In this document: positions 25,152 through 29,754 of the stretch, one piece after another
Numbering within the stretch: the stretch's first letter is position 1
Layout: every line of letters starts with the position of its first letter
NCBI GenBank assembly: GCA_964549615.1
Contig: CAZJVP010000103.1
Location: forward strand, 1-29,754
DNA from: an uncultured Thermococci archaeon
GTDB lineage: Archaea > CAYQAE01 > CAYVLA01
Direction of reading: 5' to 3'
Length of the DNA stretch: 29,754 nucleotides
Position numbers and translations under genes: made by a program
Notes under the pieces: generated by a model
The model's input: only the letters and a program-made list of their open reading frames with translations
Told to the model about the DNA's origin: nothing
Database searches by the model: none

Positions 25152-26894
25152 TCAGCACGCCCTGAAGCGGTTCGTTATGGGCAGCCTCCTGTCCCTCCCG
25201 AAGGCTCTGGCGGTGATCTTGATCCCCGGGGCCGCCTGGCGGCGCTTATACTCGCTGCCGTCCACCATCCTAGCTACCTTGCGCACGACCTGCTCGTCGA
25301 ACCCCATGGATACGATCTCGTCTATGCTCTTGTCCTCCTCGACATAAGCCGTTATGATCGGGTCCAGGATCTCGTACGGAGGCAGGGTATCGGTGTCACG
25401 TTGGTTCGGCCTCAGTTCAGCCGATGGCTCCTTGTCTATCACGGTTTTCGGTATGAGGTCCCAGCCAGCCGCCGAGTTGCGGTATCTGGCAAGATCGTAA
25501 ACCATGGTCTTGAGAACATCCTTGATGACGGCAAAGCCTCCGGCCATGTCGCCGTAAAGCGTTGAGTAACCAGTCGCTAGCTCGCTCTTGTTTCCCGTGG
25601 TCAGGACGAGCCAGCCAAACTTGTTTGACAGGGCCATGAGGATATTGCCTCTGGCCCGCGCTTGTAGGTTCTCCTCAGCGACTCCAGGGCTTGTCCCTTC
25701 GAATACAGGGGCCATCGTGTCCAGGTAGGCCTGGAACACTTTCTCGATTGGGATCGTCAGAAGCCTTATCCCCAGGTTGCGCGATGCAAGCTGCGCATCG
25801 GTCACGCTGCCGGGTGACGAATACCTCGAGGGCATGGACACCCCGATGACGTTCTCCTTCCCCAGGGCGTCCACCGCGATGGCCGCAACCAGCGTTGAGT
25901 CTATTCCGCCGGAAAGGCCCACGACAACCTTCTCGAAACCGTTCTTGCGGACGTAGTCGCGCGTCCCCAATACCAGTGCGTCGTAGACCTCTCCAGGGTA
26001 GTCCTTGGCCTGAACCTCCCTCTTGGGTATGGCTGGCTTCCCCGGAAGGGATGCTGCCTGAGGTATGACGACCTTGGACGTCTGCCACTTGTCCTGTTTC
26101 AACAAGGGCGCCTCCCTCCTCCACCGGGGATCGTGCAGGCGAGTTCTGAAAACGGCCTCAACGTCCAAGTCAGCCACGATGAAATCCTCCTCGAACTGCT
26201 TCCCCCGTGCAAGCACCCGTCCCTGCTCATCGAGGATCATGCTGTTGCCGTCGAAGATGAGCTCGTCCTGCCCCCCCACCATGTTGTTGTAGGCGACTAT
26301 GGCCAAGTTGTCCGACGCCCGTGTGGCGAGAAGCCTCTCTCGAGACTTGACCTTGCCGAAGTGATAGGGGGAGGCGCTGATGTTTATCAAGACTTCTGCC
26401 CCCGAGCAGGCTTGGAGCGCAGCAGGCCCTGCCTCGTACCACATATCCTCGCAGATGGTTACTCCGATCCCGACGCTGCCGAGCAGATGTACGGGGCAAT
26501 GAGAACCGTGTCGGAAGTAGCGGCTCTCGTCGAAGACGCCGTAGTTCGGAAGGTAGATCTTGTGATAGGTTCCGACCATCGAGCCATCGTGGATGATCGC
26601 CGCCGCGTTGTGAAGGTCGGACGCTGCATCGACGAAGCCCACCACCACGGTCAGGCCCGCGGAACGCGCCACGATCGTCTCCAGGCACTTCCGATTCTCC
26701 TCCACGAACTTGGGCTTGAGCAAGAGGTCCTCAGGGGGGTACCCTGTGATCGCCATCTCTGGGAAGGTGACGAGGTCGGCTCCCACGGCTCGGGCCTGGT
26801 CCATAGCCTCAAGGATGAGGCCGGCATTGCCCCGAAAATCCCCTACCGTAGGGTTGATCTGCGCCATCGCAATCCGGAGCGAACGCATTCGCAT
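25152..26894 (-). CDS. nadE: Glutamine-dependent NAD+ synthetase (nitrilase + synthetase domains)
   Basis: Nitrilase triad FPEM / YHKIYLPNY / ICEDMW; synthetase motifs GLSGGIDS, ENLQARARG, TGNKSE, PSAELRPNQRD, SEYKRRQ. Confidence 0.95.
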   Translation of the reverse strand: MRMRSLRIAMAQINPTVGDFRGNAGLILEAMDQARAVGADLVTFPEMAITGYPPEDLLLKPKFVEENRKCLETIVARSAGLTVVVGFVDAASDLHNAAAIIHDGSMVGTYHKIYLPNYGVFDESRYFRHGSHCPVHLLGSVGIGVTICEDMWYEAGPAALQACSGAEVLINISASPYHFGKVKSRERLLATRASDNLAIVAYNNMVGGQDELIFDGNSMILDEQGRVLARGKQFEEDFIVADLDVEAVFRTRLHDPRWRREAPLLKQDKWQTSKVVIPQAASLPGKPAIPKREVQAKDYPGEVYDALVLGTRDYVRKNGFEKVVVGLSGGIDSTLVAAIAVDALGKENVIGVSMPSRYSSPGSVTDAQLASRNLGIRLLTIPIEKVFQAYLDTMAPVFEGTSPGVAEENLQARARGNILMALSNKFGWLVLTTGNKSELATGYSTLYGDMAGGFAVIKDVLKTMVYDLARYRNSAAGWDLIPKTVIDKEPSAELRPNQRDTDTLPPYEILDPIITAYVEEDKSIDEIVSMGFDEQVVRKVARMVDGSEYKRRQAAPGIKITARAFGRDRRLPITNRFRAC

Positions 26895-26940
26895 TCCACT
26901 TGCCCATTAAGGGGAGACGGTCTATTAATTGATATTCCCC

Positions 26941-27051
26941 CTGCCCCGGATCCTTCGTGGGGAGACTCCACAGCGCTCTCGTGGGATCTCCGCACATCTT
27001 GGTGGGTAACCATGACGAAGGTACCGTTTCCCCGAATGAGAAACGGGGCAG
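26941..27051. ncRNA. Candidate ~110-nt structured element between divergent nadE and rbcL (unassigned)
   Basis: Nested stems: CTGCCCCG/CGGGGCAG, CCTTCGT/ACGAAGG, GGAGACTCCAC/GTGGGATCTCC, CCGTTTC/GAAACGG. Confidence 0.35.
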
Positions 27052-27156
27052 AGCCAAGCCCAACACGAACACCCCAACTGGGATGGCCCGACGATCAAGC
27101 GAACCTACCCACACAGAGCTGAAGAGAACCTTGTCCTGACCCTTTCCTATCGGTGC

Positions 27157-27195
27157 TGCCCGCAAGAATCGATGCCTCGCAAGAATCACTTTTAT
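27157..27195 (+). promoter_or_regulatory. Tandem direct repeat plus TATA upstream of rbcL
   Basis: TGCCCGCAAGAATC (27157-27170) and TGCCTCGCAAGAATC (27173-27187), then TTTTAT at 27190-27195, 33 nt before TTG 27228. Confidence 0.5.
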
Positions 27196-27227
27196 CAGTC
27201 ACGGCAAGAGCCGGGAAGCGTGGTAAC

Positions 27228-28466
27228 TTGAAGTATCTGGACTTCGTCGACACAAACTACCGCCCGAACGAAACCGATCTGGTATGCGAGTTTTTGGTCG
27301 AGACCGATGGCACGATGGACATCAAGGTCGCGGCCGGGGCGGTGGCAGCAGAGAGTTCGGTGGGAACCTGGACAGAGCTCACCACGATGAGGTCCTACGT
27401 CGAGAAGCTGCATGCGACCGTGTTCGAAATCCAGGGAAACCGGATCAAGATCGCATACCCTGTGGCCCTCTTCGAGCCGGGGAACATGGCCAACATCATG
27501 AGCAGCATCGGCGGGAACGTGTTCGGCCTGAAGGGAATAAGCAACCTGAGGCTGGACGAGGTGCACTACCCGAAGAGTCTCGCAAGGAGCTTTATGGGCC
27601 CCAAGTTCGGCATAAGGGGGGTACGCAGGATCCTGGGTGTCCGCAAGCGCCCGCTGGTGGGCACGATAATAAAGCCAAAGCTTGGCCTCGTCAGCAAGGA
27701 TCATGCCGAGGTGGCGTACGAAGCGTGGGTCGGCGGGTGCGACGTGGTCAAGGACGACGAGAACCTTTCCAGCCAGTCCTTCAACGCTTTCAACAAGCGG
27801 CTCGACCTCACCCTCAAGGCACGCGACAAGGCGGAAAGAAAGACGGGGGAGAAGAAAGTCTACCTCGTGAACGTCACTGCCGAGTCCAAGGAGATGATCA
27901 GGAGGGCGAAGTTGGTAAGCGACAAGGGGGGTGAGTACGTAATGGTCGACATCGTGACGTGCGGCAACTCCGGCTTTCAGACGCTGCGGCAGGAGGACCT
28001 AGGGCTTGCCATACACGCCCACAGGGCCGGCCACGGTGCCTTCACGCTCAATCCCAAGCACGGGATATCCATGAAGGTGCTGGCCACCAACACGAGGCTC
28101 ATCGGCGCCGACCAGCTTCACGTCGGGACGGCCGTCGGCAAGATGAAGGAGACAAGGGAGGAGGTTCTGGACAACATAGCGTGCCTCACCGGGGAGATGT
28201 ACGGGATCAAACCCGTCATGCCCGTCGCCTCCGGCGGACTGCACCCGGGCATGATACCGGACCTCGTACAGATCTTCGGCAACGACGTCGTCATCCAGGC
28301 CGGCGGGGGCGTCCACGGCCATCCAGACGGAAGTTCAGCCGGCGCAACGGCAATGAGACAGGCTTTGGACGCTGTCGAGGAAGGGGTTTCCCTCGCGGAA
28401 TACGCCAGGACGCACAAGGAGCTCCGAAGGGCTTTGGAGCACTGGAAGAATGTGGAAGGCGGCTAG
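27228..28466 (+). CDS. rbcL: Form III ribulose-1,5-bisphosphate carboxylase large subunit
   Basis: AAESSVGTW, GTIIKPKLGL, GGCDVVKDDEN, HAHRAGHG, HVGTAVGKM, VASGGLHPG, QAGGGVHGHP; the catalytic motifs look intact, so this is not an RLP. Start TTG 27228 (MKYLDFVD). Confidence 0.93.
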   Translation: MKYLDFVDTNYRPNETDLVCEFLVETDGTMDIKVAAGAVAAESSVGTWTELTTMRSYVEKLHATVFEIQGNRIKIAYPVALFEPGNMANIMSSIGGNVFGLKGISNLRLDEVHYPKSLARSFMGPKFGIRGVRRILGVRKRPLVGTIIKPKLGLVSKDHAEVAYEAWVGGCDVVKDDENLSSQSFNAFNKRLDLTLKARDKAERKTGEKKVYLVNVTAESKEMIRRAKLVSDKGGEYVMVDIVTCGNSGFQTLRQEDLGLAIHAHRAGHGAFTLNPKHGISMKVLATNTRLIGADQLHVGTAVGKMKETREEVLDNIACLTGEMYGIKPVMPVASGGLHPGMIPDLVQIFGNDVVIQAGGGVHGHPDGSSAGATAMRQALDAVEEGVSLAEYARTHKELRRALEHWKNVEGG

Positions 28467-28481
28467 CCAGATGGCCCGCGA

Positions 28482-29754
28482 TCAAGCATCCGAATCCCTG
28501 ATCATTTGAACTGCACAGTCCGCAAGGAGGTCTCCGGCCTCCGGGGCCAATCTACTGCCGTCGCATAGGGTCGTCTCGTAACCCCCTCGCAGGAATGCCT
28601 CCCTGTGGGGCACATAGCCGACCATCCCGTTGGCCTGACCGACGATCAAGGCATGAACCGGGTATGCCTGCTCCTTGATTCTCAGGCCCAGCTGCACGAA
28701 GTATTCCGCCGGGATGCCTGCAAACGCATAGCCACCTATTCGTATGACCTGCACCTCGGCCGGCTGGGTTCCCATCCTTCGAATCCTGTCCAACACCCTG
28801 GGCATCTCACGGTCGTAGATGGCCGAGTCGATGAACCTCTGTGCACCCCTAACTCGGCCCTCGGCCTCCTCCCTCGTCACGTTCCTGAACGGCAACCTGA
28901 TCGTCCTTGAGCTGGAGCCGATCTTGATGTTACTGCTGAACTGCATGCCCACCAACGCCCGGCTCACGTCGTCCGCGAGCCTCGCGCCGGCCTCCTCCTT
29001 GCTAAGATCCGCGTTCGCTCTGGTGGGATCAAGCGTGGTGATGTTGCCCGAGGCACCGTCAAGGAAAAGCGTCACGGGGACTCCGCGGCGCTTCATGATG
29101 CGCGCGAGCACGCCGGGGAATCCTCCCGACAGGTCGGTACCTCCGCCGTGGTGGGCTGGGTGGCATGCAAAATTGACAATCGCCCCAAGCAAACCTCCGC
29201 CAACCTCTCGCGCGACCATGACGAAGACCTCCGGATCGATAGGTCCCTCCAGGCAGAGCGCGTTGGGATCCTCGAAGGTACCGTGCGTTCGCACCGTGCC
29301 GTCCCTCATGATCACCCGGCGGTTGTGGCCAACCATGAACTCGAAACAGCTGCCGAACCCAAGCTCCGCTTGCCGGAGGTTGCCCAAGGCATCCCCAAAC
29401 ATCGAGACGATCTTGTTGATCATCGTCACCACGTAGGCGTCGTCCCTTCGCACATCGCCGCAGTTTGCGACCGCCGGACCTGCATGGTTGTGGGTCGCAG
29501 CCACCATGACGTTCTCGCCCGGAAAGCCGTACGTCTCGGCGATTCGGCGCCGGATCTCCGAGACCTGAGTCCACCTCACGCTCAGGGTGTCGAGTTGAAT
29601 GAAAGCAACCCTAGCCCCCTCGGATTCGACGACGGCGGCCCGCGCAAACAGCGGATCCAACACGCGCTCGGAGACGAGGATTTTCATCCAACCTATCTTC
29701 ATCGTTCCGATCGGCGGCGTGATATCGGTCTCTGCAAACCCAGCCCTAACAGCC
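28482..29754 (-). CDS. Neutral/alkaline ceramidase-like Zn-dependent hydrolase (5' end cut by the window)
   Basis: The frame stays open to the window end (AVRAGFAETDITPP). Motifs DPLFARA, AATHNHAGP, HNRR, VNFACHP, GASGN, GIPAEYF, ANGMVGYVP, GGYE. Confidence 0.8.
   Translation of the reverse strand, partial: AVRAGFAETDITPPIGTMKIGWMKILVSERVLDPLFARAAVVESEGARVAFIQLDTLSVRWTQVSEIRRRIAETYGFPGENVMVAATHNHAGPAVANCGDVRRDDAYVVTMINKIVSMFGDALGNLRQAELGFGSCFEFMVGHNRRVIMRDGTVRTHGTFEDPNALCLEGPIDPEVFVMVAREVGGGLLGAIVNFACHPAHHGGGTDLSGGFPGVLARIMKRRGVPVTLFLDGASGNITTLDPTRANADLSKEEAGARLADDVSRALVGMQFSSNIKIGSSSRTIRLPFRNVTREEAEGRVRGAQRFIDSAIYDREMPRVLDRIRRMGTQPAEVQVIRIGGYAFAGIPAEYFVQLGLRIKEQAYPVHALIVGQANGMVGYVPHREAFLRGGYETTLCDGSRLAPEAGDLLADCAVQMIRDSDA

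Noticed and set aside
27030-27051. ATGAGAAAC as a hammerhead ribozyme core
   Set aside because: No CUGANGA box with the required stems on either strand.
26133-27122. Long antisense or alternative-frame ORFs (e.g. 26133..27122, 7632..8582, 2340..3056, 13036..13683)
   Set aside because: Shadow ORFs expected in GC-rich coding DNA; they overlap well-supported genes and carry no motifs.
27153-27227. N-terminal extension of RuBisCO in the ORF track (likewise the extensions on ORFs 207..1574, 5779..6741, 9090..9944, 13102..14127 and 23031..24824)
   Set aside because: The extensions run through promoter boxes or neighbouring genes; family-typical N-termini and SD/TATA spacing point to the downstream starts.
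27228-28466. RuBisCO as evidence of Calvin-cycle autotrophy, or as a form IV RLP
   Set aside because: No rbcS or PRK in the window, and the catalytic motifs (KDDE, HxHR, GKM loop 6, SGG) are of the true form III type.

Overview
About 30 kb of GC-rich (roughly 60% by eye) archaeal chromosome. Archaeal origin is inferred from PdaD, PolB2, cupin PGI, form III RuBisCO, minimal SufCB, and TATA/BRE-type promoters before near-leaderless genes. The left edge cuts the 5' end of an IS481-family element. It is followed by a membrane-anchored GHL10-like hydrolase, an M20 peptidase, a pyruvoyl arginine decarboxylase convergent with a potBCDA polyamine ABC transporter, and a beta-propeller/TM/Cys4-tail membrane protein. 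A PolB2 locus (Walker-A-dead RadA-like protein, arCOG07300-like helical protein, PolB2) is interrupted by a ~580-bp non-coding, hairpin-dense spacer. Next come cupin PGI, a PD-(D/E)XK nuclease, and a speB / DJ-1 / CBS+HPF-like (probable ribosome hibernation factor) / RNase HI run. The rest is a Gfo/Idh/MocA oxidoreductase, SufCB (SMS type), 2-oxoacid:ferredoxin oxidoreductase alpha/beta, a Gln-dependent NadE divergent from form III RuBisCO with a ~110-nt structured element between them, and a ceramidase-like gene cut at the right edge. Best leads are the PolB2 cassette with its candidate structured RNA and Cys cluster, the CBS-HPF protein, the nadE/rbcL intergenic structure, and the orphan propeller receptor. 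All calls come from manual motif reading; no database search or folding program was run.
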